A stretch of 61,357 nucleotides of DNA, the filler included, from Globobulimina sp. (Eukaryota): the NCBI GenBank assembly GCA_003354225.1. It is 18 parts of 18 records of this genome, joined end to end, with 100 filler letters (N's around TTAATTAATTAA, not from the genome) between each part and the next. Parts side by side here need not be neighbours in the genome. Positions count along the whole stretch, not along the records: positions 20,499 to 23,813 come from PIVH01003114.1; positions 23,914 to 27,228 come from PIVH01003115.1; positions 27,329 to 30,643 come from PIVH01003116.1; positions 30,744 to 34,058 come from PIVH01003117.1; 14 more parts are not named here. The stretch is one strand, 5' to 3'. Of the stretch, positions 22,526 through 32,938 are shown piece by piece; positions within the stretch are counted from its first letter, which is position 1, and each line of letters opens with the position of its first letter. A program made the position numbers and the translations under genes. The notes under the pieces were generated by a model, which ran no database searches, was not told where the DNA came from, and was given only the letters and a program-made list of their open reading frames with translations.

Positions 22526-23620
22526 TTAATCCTCATCAAAAGCTGCGTGGATATTTAATCTTTGTGTTAAAGTCAACGACTCATTTTGCCGGATTGATAC
22601 GTGTTGTATCATTTGTATTTCATCACTATTTTCGTCACTATCTTTATACCAATTTTGATGCAGTGCTTCGTCGTCGTCAAATGCTTTCATCATATATTCC
22701 GCATCATTTTTATCAATTTCGTCCCATTGATGTGTGCTTGTATTCAAATATAAATCATTATACATTGGTTTATTATCCTTATCCATATGCTTATCCTCAT
22801 TATTGTTACCAAACAACTTCATTGTGCAAAACCAAAATCCAACGCATGACAAACTGATACTAATCATACAAAATAATATAACATATAACAACATAAATTC
22901 TCTCAAATGTGGAGGTAACAAATATCGATCTTTATGCACTTCTGTAGCATTCGTAGTGGTCAATATAGTCATATCTGTGGTGCTTATTTTATCCATATAA
23001 TGTATCTCCAATGTTGCTGTCTTTATTAGTGTTATATTTGCATTCAATGCATCCAAATTCATATTGAAATCATGTATAAATAGTGCAGATAGCATATATT
23101 CAGAAAGAATGTTAAGAATTTCTTCCTCTTCAAGCAACAAAAAAATCACCCATTTCAAATACAGATTGGTATTTGTTCTATTTGTATTTATATCTGATAT
23201 TAGCTGTAAATGCAGGATATCCTCATAATTTGCGTTAATTAATGTTTTATGTAATAAAGACTTAAATATTTGAGTCAGTTTTATCAATAACATGTTATCA
23301 ATGGATATGGACATTGAATTATTATCATATAATTCATATTGGAAATGTAATGTAATGTCAATTGTTGAGGTGCTGTTTGGCAAAATAGCATTTTGTGTTG
23401 TATAATAAGACAATGATGTTTCAAATTGAGTAGTTAGTGGAATAAATGTAGTATTTATCGTTACATTGCTTGTATTTAAATTTAACGATATATTTGCATT
23501 GCTATTATTAAATGTGTGGCATGAATATAAATCTATTTTGCAATGAAGCAACAGCAAAAATAGTAAATAATCACATAAATATGCTCTGGGTACAATGCCA
23601 AAACATTCTGCAACAGACAT
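22526..23620 (-). CDS. Single-pass type I membrane glycoprotein, unknown family
   Basis: Hydrophobic N-terminus, many NxS/T sites, Thr-rich stalks, TM FMLLYVILFCMISISLSCVGFWF and an acidic tail. Confidence 0.6.
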   Translation of the reverse strand: MSVAECFGIVPRAYLCDYLLFLLLLHCKIDLYSCHTFNNSNANISLNLNTSNVTINTTFIPLTTQFETSLSYYTTQNAILPNSTSTIDITLHFQYELYDNNSMSISIDNMLLIKLTQIFKSLLHKTLINANYEDILHLQLISDINTNRTNTNLYLKWVIFLLLEEEEILNILSEYMLSALFIHDFNMNLDALNANITLIKTATLEIHYMDKISTTDMTILTTTNATEVHKDRYLLPPHLREFMLLYVILFCMISISLSCVGFWFCTMKLFGNNNEDKHMDKDNKPMYNDLYLNTSTHQWDEIDKNDAEYMMKAFDDDEALHQNWYKDSDENSDEIQMIQHVSIRQNESLTLTQRLNIHAAFDED

Positions 23621-23913
23621 GATGTAAAAGAGCAAGAAAAACTTCGGTCTGTGGAAACCTTTCAAAAAGGTTTAATATTTAAAATTTATTAATTAAGCAA
23701 AAAAAAACAGATAAAACATACAAAAGTATGTCTGATCCATAACAAAAAAAAATAAACCCAGCCGTCATAAATCCCATTCTCCGCAAAACATATTAATTCA
23801 AACAAAAAACAGANNNNNNNNNNNNNNNNNNNNNNNNNNNNNNNNNNNNNNNNNNNNTTAATTAATTAANNNNNNNNNNNNNNNNNNNNNNNNNNNNNNN
23901 NNNNNNNNNNNNN

Positions 23914-24310
23914 GATTTTTATCGATAATCGAACAATAATTTAATCGAATTTTTGATCACGTTTGACTCGCGAGTCTATTAGCTTTTGATCGATACAGGT
24001 ATCGAAGTGTATCGATAACGTTTGGAAAATATCAAAATTTATCGATTTTTAACGATAATTGAACAATTATTTAATTAATTTTTTGATCGCGTTTGACTCG
24101 CGAGACAATTACCTTTCGATCGATGTAGGTATCGAAGTGTATCGTAAACGTTTCGAAAATATAGCAAATTTATCGATTTTTAATCGATTTTTCTCGATAA
24201 TCGATCGATAATTTAATGAATTTTTTGATCCCATTAGACTCAGGACATTATTAGCTTTCGATCGATGTAGGTATGAAGGTCCATCGCTAACGTTTTGAAA
24301 ATATCGAAAA
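23914..24310. repeat. Imperfect tandem repeat, ~3 copies of 130-140 bp, GATC/ATCGAT-rich
   Basis: The block TTTTGATCxCGTTTGACTCGCGAG..GATCGAT..AGGTATCGAAGTGTATCG..AACGTTT.GAAAATAT recurs near 23956, 24085 and 24227. Confidence 0.85.
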
Positions 24311-25077
24311 TTAAAAATATTAACAATCGTTAATTATTAATTATAGAGATTCGATAGAAACACGAAAAATCCGTAACAACCAAGATTGGATCGTCAGCTA
24401 TCGATCATTATATAGATCTTCGAAAACTGTCAAGCCGATTTTTCTGGGATCGGCTGGACATACATAGATAGACACAAACGGCTCACAGATTTGTAAGTAG
24501 ATACCCATCAAATCAATCCATCAATGTAGTAAATGATTGCATTGTAGTTATCATTATCTTTTGTTTGCTCTTCCATAAGAACAAGGTCATTAAAATTGGC
24601 CAAGTGATTCATCAGGTATCGTGTAAGACTTTCTGGAACACATCTTTGGTTCTCAGCAGCCCTCATGAATTTCTTTCATACATGTTGCCAGAATAGCAAT
24701 AGACCGATCCAAAGTAAACAGCTTCGAGATTCAATTTGCCAATTTTTTGAGAAACGTTGAAAGGAAAGCAAATTCAATAGATTGATACTAATCGGTCGAT
24801 TTGATGGATAGCATAATGGGCGCCATTGGTTGATGCCTACCCAGCTAAACACATATGATATTTTATGGTCATCATAATGTAGATATAATTTTGGTAAACT
24901 GAATGGTGTCACCATTTTTATTTACAGCTTATACTTGAAGACACAGATACTGGAAAAACTTGGACCTATGGATACAACATATGGGTGGACAGCCCACATG
25001 CTGCAACAATATATATAACTCCAGTCCCACTCCCACCAGCATGTCATTAACCATTAGGTAGGTTACTAAACTAAGTA

Positions 25078-25575
25078 CAGTGGAGCACTTCTGACCATAT
25101 ATGGTACCTGATCCATACATGGAACTGGTACCATATATGGTACCCTTTCAAGCTAAGTGGTACCATATATGGTACCAGTACCACGGTAGGGGATATATGG
25201 GACCACTTCAAACTTGTCCCCAAGGGGTACCATTCTACCTCTAAATGGTGAAATTGAAGTGTACCATATATAGTACCATTCTACCTCTAAATGGTGAAAT
25301 TGAAGTGTACCATATATAGTACCACTTCAACAATAATGAATTTTCTTAGCTATTAGCGAAGGGGTACCATATATGGAACCACTTCAAATTCACCATTTAG
25401 GGGTACCATATATGGCACCCTTGGGGACAAGTTTGAAGTTGTACCATATATGGTACCCCTACCAAGTATGGTACTGTGGTACCATACATGGTTCCACTTG
25501 GCCTGCAAGGTACCATATATGGTACCAGTTCCATGTATGGATCAGCTACCATATATGGTCAGAAGTGCTCCACTG
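25078..25575. mobile_element. Non-autonomous TIR element (MITE), 498 bp, 5-bp TSD AAGTA
   Basis: Near-perfect ~67-bp TIRs (CAGTGGAGCACTTCTGACCATATATGGTA...) with one mismatch. AAGTA lies at 25073-25077 and 25576-25580. The interior has many GGTACCATATATGGTACC palindromes and no meaningful ORF. Confidence 0.92.
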
Positions 25576-26549
25576 AAGTAGTAAAATTGACCATAATTGG
25601 TAAAAATTACCGTGGAATACTGTGTTGACCATTAAGTAGCAACAGTTACCACAAAACACTATACCATATTGGGTAACAATTATCCTAGAAAACTTTGTTC
25701 ATCATACGTGGTAACAGTTACTACTTTAATACCATCTGATGAAATTAATTGCTGCCTCGGTGGCTAATAGGCAAATAGGTTTTTAGTGTTAAGTTCTACC
25801 TGCATATTAGTTAATGTAGAGTAACGCGCAGTTTAGCATTGTTGAGTATTTAAACTAAAATGTTATTTATACTTGCAGGTTAAATCACAATCAAACTAGC
25901 CAGTATACAATAGCGCTGTATGTTGAGAAAAAATAAAATTGGTGTTGGTAATAATGCACCATATATTTAGTGTTATTTAGGTAATATTTTTGAATAAAAA
26001 GTTATTAATTTGTCTCGCAATCTTTGGCTGGTAGAGTTACTGCACTTTACAATTTCCAAGAACTAGTTGAAAGTATACTTTCCAGATTTTTGTTTAGCTT
26101 CTAATGTATTGTTACTTTAGGTTTGTGTTTTCTATGATCAACTTGTAGGATCACTTTAGGCGCATGTTTCTTATACTGACTCCAGTATTCTGCGCACCCA
26201 GTTTTTTACTAAAAAAATTGTGTTGCGTCGGATTTGAGACACGTGCTGTCGGTGGTTATTTAAAAAGAATTAATAAACTTTCTATATTTGTTTATTCAGA
26301 CTTGTTAGAAGTCACTGTATACTCAGAAGTTCCCTTGTGAACGTTCTTTATGATATTTGAAGTGGTCATAAATATATTTATTGTTTTGTTGGAAGAAAAC
26401 TGCACTAACATTTTATTTGGAATAGTTATGTTGTTTACATCATTTCATTTGGTTATGGACATCATGCTACGCTTTCATTGACCCATACATGGGCATGGGG
26501 GTTGGGGGGGGGGTTTCGACCCCCAGGCTGATCGATTTAATTAAACAAT

Positions 26550-27125
26550 TTTGGAGGATTTAACACATTTAATTCCTAATGATCCAGAAGATCCAGCCGA
26601 ATTGTGGAAAGATTTAGTTAAACACTTCGAGTCAAAATCAGCTTTCAATGTACTATGCTGTTAAATCAACGCCTCCTCATTTGTCTCAAAGAACGTGATG
26701 ATCCGATAAAATGGTTGACAGACAGAAAGTCAACATATGTGCAATTGGCGTCAATCAGTTATCCAGTTGAGAAGGTTATGCAATGTATGTCGACAATTTC
26801 GATGTTGCCCCATCCTACAGTACACTTGTTACCTCGCTGTCAACTCAAATGCAAACCGGTGATTTGGATATGGCCAAAATTGAAGAGTCATCATCTGAAG
26901 AAACAGCGTTCTATGGTGACACCAGACAAAATAAAGGACAGTCGTTTCGTGGCAAGTCGAATGCAATTCGTGATGGATGATTGTATGGTGGCTGCTTACG
27001 CGGCTGTGGCAACAGTGGCGGAACTTCATGAAGAAAACGACCTGAAGCAACCGAAGACACTCAATGTTTCAAATGTCAGGGTTATGGTCATTATCGCGAT
27101 GAATTTCCCAATTGGTTGAGAAAAC
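26550..27125 (+). pseudogene. Degenerate Ty1/copia gag
   Basis: Across two frameshifts and two stops it reads PAELWKDLVKHFESKS..., MLP/PSYSTLVTSL, TAFY and a zinc knuckle CFKCQGYGHYRDEF (last Cys lost). Confidence 0.75.
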
Positions 27126-27328
27126 ATAAAGAACATTCCGGAAACCACACCAAATATGATAAGGGATACAATTTTCATGCTACACACATTGTCAACAGTG
27201 GTAAAGAATCCAGAAATCGAGTAATTATNNNNNNNNNNNNNNNNNNNNNNNNNNNNNNNNNNNNNNNNNNNNTTAATTAATTAANNNNNNNNNNNNNNNN
27301 NNNNNNNNNNNNNNNNNNNNNNNNNNNN

Positions 27329-27367
27329 TGTTGTTGCTGTTGTTGCTGTTGTTGTTGTTGTTGTTGC

Positions 27368-27413
<46 letters not shown>

Positions 27414-28244
27414 GCTATTGTTTGCTACGGTTGTTGTTGTTGTTGTTGTTGTTGCTATTGTTTTGGCGTTTGTTGTGGTGGCTGCGGTGGCTGTGGTTGT
27501 TGCTGTTTTGCCTATTGTTGCAGTTGTTGCTGTTGGCATTGTTTTTACAGTTGCCGTTGTTTTTGCACTTTTGGGTGTTTTGGGTGTTGCTATGGTGTTG
27601 CTGTTGTTGTTGTTGTTGTTATTGTTTGCTACGGTGACTGCGTTGACTGCGGTGACTGCGTTGACTGCGTTGACTGCGATGACTGCGGTTGTAGCTGTTT
27701 GGCATGTTTTGCCTGTATTTGCAGTAGTTTTTGTTGCTGTGTTGTTGTTGTTGCTGTTGTTGTTGTTGTTGTTATTGTATAGTGGCTGTACTGGCGGTGG
27801 CAGTGGCTGTACCGGCCGTGTAATGGGTATAGCTGATTTTTCTTTATCTTTTGGTTTTGCAAATGATTTTGGTTTGGAAAATAAGTCGGGATTATTCTGT
27901 TTGTATTTCTTCACACTACGATCAATCTCATTCTGTGGGTTTGCGAATTTACTAAATCCCTTTTCTTCCATTGCCTCTATAATTTCGATTGATATGTTAT
28001 GTGGAATTGATACCAACATTTTCAGCACTGATTTAGCAAATTTCTTTTCTAAGCTAACATAACGTATTAAATTCTCCATTTTGGATAAAATTGAATCTGC
28101 GTCGCATATTTGAGCATCAAAATACAATTCTTTGGATTTAAATCGTGAATATAGTGCAGGATATCTCCAACGCAAAGTCTTTTCAATTTCCCTGTAAATG
28201 GTTTGGTGATCATATTCAGATATGATCAGAGCAGTAAGTATCAT
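27329..28244 (-). CDS. Hypothetical protein with helical N-part and Asn/Thr/Ala low-complexity tail (3' cut); may be the detached C-terminus of the upstream kinase
   Basis: Open frame running into the linker, with (AAC)n tracts. It is in the same frame as the 29408 kinase ORF (1164 nt offset). Confidence 0.55.
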
Positions 28245-28396
28245 TAGCTCGTGAGGTGTATTTGATCATATCCAGATATGATCAGAGCAGTAAGTATCAT
28301 TAGCTCGTGAGGTGTATTTGATCATATTCAGATATGATCAGAGCAGTAAGTATCATTAGCTCGTGAGGTGTATTTGATCATATCCAGATATGATCA
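28207..28396. repeat. 56-bp tandem repeat (3 full copies plus a fourth 22-bp palindrome)
   Basis: TGATCATAT-(T/C)CAG-ATATGATCA at 28207, 28263, 28319 and 28375, separated by an identical 34-mer GAGCAGTAAGTATCATTAGCTCGTGAGGTGTATT. Confidence 0.95.
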
Positions 28397-29408
28397 TAGC
28401 GTCTACACTTAACGTCGCCTTAGTCGGCATTTTCTCCAATATCTTTACTAATAATAAGCGTAGTTGTTTGTAATTAGGTGTGTTACTATTCGCGTAACAA
28501 ACATTAATATGCTGTGCAAATGTTTGAAATTCTAACGGCAATTCGAAATCTTCATTGATCGTTGATTCGTTGTTTAAATATTTATTGAAAGCATCCCAAT
28601 CCATATCAGAATACCCACATAATGCGTCATTAAAATATTTTTTTCTTTTGAATGCATATTCTCTTCGTTGATTCACTTGATGCGGGTCCCGTAAACTCTC
28701 ACATCTTTTCTTCCATGGACAGAAATTGCAAGATATGTCTAATATTGAATATAAAAGAGCGCATAAATCATCACATGGAGAGAATATTTTGTTGTTATGA
28801 ACATTTACAGAGCAATATATGGTAGTCCCGCGACTATGTGTCGACCTTGCTGTGATTAATTCGGATTGTCCAAAATCTAATAGTTTGACCTGATTTGCCC
28901 ACCGCGGCTTGAGTGCGAATACAAAATTATTCGGTTTGATGTCACCATGCATATAACCAGTTTCGTGGAAAGCCCAAAGTGCATCAAACATTTGTAGCCC
29001 AATATCTACTCCTTTTGATAATCCATAGATTTGATCTGGTTCTATTCGTTTACGTATATCACTGATATTATTCCTACATAACTCCATAGGGAGAATACTC
29101 ACAGGCTTGCCATACAATTTACATTCTTGGAATTGGCCACATAATGTACAAAAATATGGTGAATTTTTATTTAGATCAGTTTTGTTCAATTCTTGCAGCA
29201 CATTAGACTCTGCCAGTAATATCTCTCTTGATTTTTTTATAAATGCACATTTAAGTGCGAGATGAGTTTTATCTCTCTTATTTTCCACAAGATAAACTTC
29301 AGAATTTCTCCCTTTCCCTATACATAGTATAACTTTATAATTATTATTTTTCCCGATTGTATCACCTTTTTTTATTTGACCGCGGAATGCTGTATATTTT
29401 ACATTCAT
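28356..29408 (-). CDS. Divergent CK1/TTBK-like protein kinase
   Basis: IGKGRNSEVY, LALK, MELC, GYMHGDIKPNNF, LLDFG, RGTTIYCSVNVH and DDL. These show the CK1-group SxN motif with no APE. Confidence 0.85.
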   Translation of the reverse strand: MNVKYTAFRGQIKKGDTIGKNNNYKVILCIGKGRNSEVYLVENKRDKTHLALKCAFIKKSREILLAESNVLQELNKTDLNKNSPYFCTLCGQFQECKLYGKPVSILPMELCRNNISDIRKRIEPDQIYGLSKGVDIGLQMFDALWAFHETGYMHGDIKPNNFVFALKPRWANQVKLLDFGQSELITARSTHSRGTTIYCSVNVHNNKIFSPCDDLCALLYSILDISCNFCPWKKRCESLRDPHQVNQRREYAFKRKKYFNDALCGYSDMDWDAFNKYLNNESTINEDFELPLEFQTFAQHINVCYANSNTPNYKQLRLLLVKILEKMPTKATLSVDAMIISGYDQIHLTS

Positions 29409-29496
29409 TGTTGTTGTTGTTGTTGTTGTTGTTATTCAAATTTGCATGATCCTAAGTGAGCTGATTAGTGATTTTTTTTTTTTGTTTAGACCAACA

Positions 29497-30423
29497 ATGG
29501 CACAAAGACATAATGGTTGTAAAGCAAAGAATCAAAAATTATTAGGGTTTACCATCGAGTCCTGCTTAGGAAAAGGTACATATTCAGAGGTGTACAAAGC
29601 AAAGAATTGGAAAGGCGACTTTGTTGCAATCAAATGTGCATTTAGTCAGGAATCAAAAGTCAAATTAGACAAAGAGTATTATATATTTGAAAATTTACAT
29701 AAATATTATTCTCATTATCCTGAAAAATCACCATATTTTTGTACAATGACAGGCATGGCAAATCAGGAAGATTATAGTTTCATTGCTATGGAATTATGTA
29801 AAGAAGCAAATATTAATGATAGTTGTACAAATAAATTATATGGACTGTATAACGGCTCATTAATTGGTGTCGAAATGTTATACACGATCGAAGCCTTACA
29901 CGAAACTGGTTACATGCATCGTAATATTAATCCAAGTAATTTTGTGTTCCCTATGAAACCACTGTGGCAACATCACTTGAAATTGATAGATTTTGGCGAT
30001 GCCGAATTAATTAATGAAAGTTCAACACGTAGTAGAGGCGACATAATATTTTGTTCCACAAACGTGCATGAAAACCATACATTCACCATATATGATGATT
30101 TATGGGCTTTCTTGTATGTATGGTTCAAAATATGTACCAATAAGCTTCCATGGCAAGCAAAATGTAATGGAGATTTGCAAGATAAACTGAAAGAACGAAT
30201 ACATTATGCATATACATCAAAGTTAGAGTTCAATTCGAGATTATGTGCAATGAATGAGTCTGATGAGGATATTCCAATAGAATTTAAAAAATTCGCCAAG
30301 AGTCTTACAGACGATCAACTAAAAAAAGAAAAACCAAATTATACAATATTGAGAGGATTTATATATTCAGTCATTGAGAGGACATCCATTACACACAAAC
30401 ATACTGAAGACATACTGTTATGA
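29497..30423 (+). CDS. CK1/TTBK-like pseudokinase (catalytic Asp to Asn), paralog of the opposite gene
   Basis: LGKGTYSEVY, VAIK, MELC, GYMHRNINPSNF, LIDFG and RGDIIFCSTNVH. Shares SPYFCT, HETGYMH and AELI with the 28356-29408 kinase. Confidence 0.8.
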   Translation: MAQRHNGCKAKNQKLLGFTIESCLGKGTYSEVYKAKNWKGDFVAIKCAFSQESKVKLDKEYYIFENLHKYYSHYPEKSPYFCTMTGMANQEDYSFIAMELCKEANINDSCTNKLYGLYNGSLIGVEMLYTIEALHETGYMHRNINPSNFVFPMKPLWQHHLKLIDFGDAELINESSTRSRGDIIFCSTNVHENHTFTIYDDLWAFLYVWFKICTNKLPWQAKCNGDLQDKLKERIHYAYTSKLEFNSRLCAMNESDEDIPIEFKKFAKSLTDDQLKKEKPNYTILRGFIYSVIERTSITHKHTEDILL

Positions 30424-30643
30424 TCATATGCAATATAGATATGATCATATGCAATATATATATGTAGTCGTGTGATCATATGCAATATATATATGTAGTC
30501 GTGTGATCATATGCAATATATATATATATATATGATCACTCTGAGCCTGTATATCATATCTTGTTTTGATGCAGTGTGATCATATCAATTTTGATCATAT
30601 CTGGATATATATATATATATATATATAGTCGTGTGATCATATG
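30421..30643. repeat. TGATCATAT / (AT)n repeat array
   Basis: Repeated TGATCATATGCAATATATAT..GTAGTCGTG units. The first TGA is the stop codon of the pseudokinase. Confidence 0.85.
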
Positions 30644-30743
30644 NNNNNNNNNNNNNNNNNNNNNNNNNNNNNNNNNNNNNNNNNNNNTTAATTAATTAAN
30701 NNNNNNNNNNNNNNNNNNNNNNNNNNNNNNNNNNNNNNNNNNN

Positions 30744-30886
30744 TTCAGAACTTCAATCAATTCATTTGCTCTGCCAATCAATACGATATTACGAACATAT
30801 GCTTCAATCAATTGATAATCACATTTTGTAAATAAGGCATTGGTCAGTAACATGTACAACAATAAAGGAAACAAACATGCCATCAA
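30744..30886 (-). pseudogene. Fourth, degenerate AIG1-type GTPase copy (3' cut)
   Basis: DYQLIEAYVRNIVLIGRANELIEVL aligns with DYKLIDAQDRNIIFVGRSRAGKSTLIEVL of the neighbour, but the P-loop GKS/T is gone. Confidence 0.65.
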
Positions 30887-30935
30887 AAGTGAAGCTTACT
30901 GAAAAGTAAGCCAAGTTTTTGTTGAATTTATTTAT

Positions 30936-31862
30936 TTACAGCTCATCATTTGTTGAATTTGTTACCAAATCAGTATAATGTTTTAAAAAGGAGTTAAATT
31001 TCTCTTGATCACCTTTTTGACATAAATTGGCTTGAGTACAACATCCAAAATATGTTTGTTTTACTTGTTCAATTAACGCCAAATGTTGCTTGTACACATT
31101 TAGCTCTTTCACATTGTACGTATCATTTTGCTGAATAATATGCTCAAAAAACGCAGCTCTTTGTTCATAAACGTTTTTCTGCAATTTTCCAACATCATAC
31201 ATCGATCCTTTTTGGACTGCTCCTAAGAAAAATATCCGACCATTTATTTTGTGATACAACTCTTGTAAATCAGGAACATTTTTAAATTGATCTCTGTAAT
31301 GATCATATTGTTTTTGTGTTGATAAATTTTGTGAAAATGATATAATAATTGATATTTTATGCTCCATTCCAACAAATAATTGGGTAAATAACCGAAATGC
31401 CTCTATATCTTCGTCATTTAATCCGAGTTGAATGGACATGACAAAATAAACATGATTTATCTTTGTAATTTCCATATCAATACATTTTTTAATCATATCC
31501 AAAATAACTTCATTGGTCCTTTTATCATTAATATCTAATGTCCGCTCAAACAAACCTGGCGTATCCATAATATTAAAATGTAAATTGTTTGTTTTTCCAC
31601 CGGTACCCAATGCCTTGGATTTCATACTGAATGTTTCAAGCGATGCATCCGTAGTTCCTCGTAAAATTGTTAGTAACGGAGGATTATAGTCTTTGTTTTT
31701 CAATACCTCAATTAATGTACTTTTGCCAGCACGCGATCTTCCCACAAATATAATATTACGATCCTGTGCGTCAATTAATTTATAATCATCGACTTGAAGC
31801 TTTAAAATGTCCGATAAACCACAGAATATCACACACAGAAAACAGACCAATGAAAGCATCAT
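30936..31862 (-). CDS. AIG1/GIMAP-like GTPase with signal-like N-terminus and C-terminal NDEL
   Basis: G1 GRSRAGKS, G2 RGT and G3 DTPGLF. Hydrophobic N-terminus. Ends NSTNDEL*. Confidence 0.85.
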   Translation of the reverse strand: MMLSLVCFLCVIFCGLSDILKLQVDDYKLIDAQDRNIIFVGRSRAGKSTLIEVLKNKDYNPPLLTILRGTTDASLETFSMKSKALGTGGKTNNLHFNIMDTPGLFERTLDINDKRTNEVILDMIKKCIDMEITKINHVYFVMSIQLGLNDEDIEAFRLFTQLFVGMEHKISIIISFSQNLSTQKQYDHYRDQFKNVPDLQELYHKINGRIFFLGAVQKGSMYDVGKLQKNVYEQRAAFFEHIIQQNDTYNVKELNVYKQHLALIEQVKQTYFGCCTQANLCQKGDQEKFNSFLKHYTDLVTNSTNDEL

Positions 31863-31950
31863 TGGCAACAAAATGAAAGTAAGTATCAAAGTCTATTAAG
31901 TGCAAGGATAATGTATACAATTTCAAAAATAAAGTGTTTGTATATTCAGT

Positions 31951-32853
31951 TTACAATTCGTGTTTGTCATTGGATTTTGATTCTGGCGAATAATGTTGAA
32001 TGAATGAATCAAATTTCTTAAGATCTGGACATGATTTTTGTTTGCAACATTCATGCAAAGTCGTTTTAACTCTTGTAATTAATGATAAATTATCTTTATA
32101 TATTTTCAATTCCTTAACATTATATGACTCATTTTGTTGGATAATATGTTCAAATAAAGTCGCTCTTTGCAATGCAACATTTGCTTTTATCATCTTCATG
32201 TCATAAACATCCATTTCTGCAGCGGCACCTAAAAAAAATATCCTTCCTTGTATAGTTTGATACAAATCTTTTAAATCAGGAACGTTTTTAAATTGATCCC
32301 TGTAATGACCATAATCTGCCTCGACTTTGTCCTGCGAAAAGGATATGATCACTGACAATTTATCTTCCATTCCCACAAATAACTCACTAAACAACTTAAA
32401 TGCTTTCAAGTCATTGGGATTTAGTCCCTGCGCTATGGACATAACAAAATAGACGTGATGGACCTTTGTAATTTCTAAGTCAATACATTTCTTAATGATA
32501 TCTAAGATGACTTCATTGGTTCTCTTGTCCTTTTTATCTAAGGTCCTTTCAAATAATCCCGGCGAATCCATTATGTTGAAATGTAAATTATTGTTCAATT
32601 TCTTCGATTCCATTGTGAAGGTTGCAACCGAGGCACCTTTTGTTCCACGAAGGATATCCATCTCACCGGGACTATAATTTACATCTTTCAATACTTCGAT
32701 CAATGTTGTTTTGCCCGACCGTCCTCTGCCCACAAATAGAATATTGCGAGTATCTGCTTTAACTAATTCATATTCAAGTTCTTGACTTACACAAAACCAA
32801 ATAAACACCAAAGAAATCAAACAAAGTGCCATTATTTGTGCACATTTCGCCAT
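31951..32853 (-). CDS. AIG1/GIMAP-like GTPase with signal-like N-terminus and C-terminal KHEL
   Basis: G1 GRGRSGKT, G2 RGT and G3 DSPGLF. Hydrophobic N-terminus. Ends SNDKHEL*. Confidence 0.85.
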   Translation of the reverse strand: MAKCAQIMALCLISLVFIWFCVSQELEYELVKADTRNILFVGRGRSGKTTLIEVLKDVNYSPGEMDILRGTKGASVATFTMESKKLNNNLHFNIMDSPGLFERTLDKKDKRTNEVILDIIKKCIDLEITKVHHVYFVMSIAQGLNPNDLKAFKLFSELFVGMEDKLSVIISFSQDKVEADYGHYRDQFKNVPDLKDLYQTIQGRIFFLGAAAEMDVYDMKMIKANVALQRATLFEHIIQQNESYNVKELKIYKDNLSLITRVKTTLHECCKQKSCPDLKKFDSFIQHYSPESKSNDKHEL

Positions 32854-32938
32854 ACTGATATCTGGTCAATCTGTTAGTAGACTATAACTTAGTCACTTGA
32901 CAATTTTGACAAAAAAAGAATGTGTTACCATACATTGT

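Noticed and set aside
25090..25560. GGTACCATATATGGTACC iterations as a CRISPR array, and the 67-aa ORF at 25373
   Set aside because: Spacing is irregular and mirror-symmetric inside a TIR element. The ORF is a by-product of the repeats.
25730..25780. CTGATGA as a hammerhead ribozyme core
   Set aside because: No suitably placed GAAA or flanking stems.
27331..28062. Poly-Leu/Val plus-strand ORF
   Set aside because: Antisense of (AAC)n Asn/Thr tracts.
28207..28396. CRISPR-like geometry (22-bp palindrome plus 34-bp spacer)
   Set aside because: All spacers are identical, there are no cas genes and the context is eukaryotic. It is a tandem repeat.
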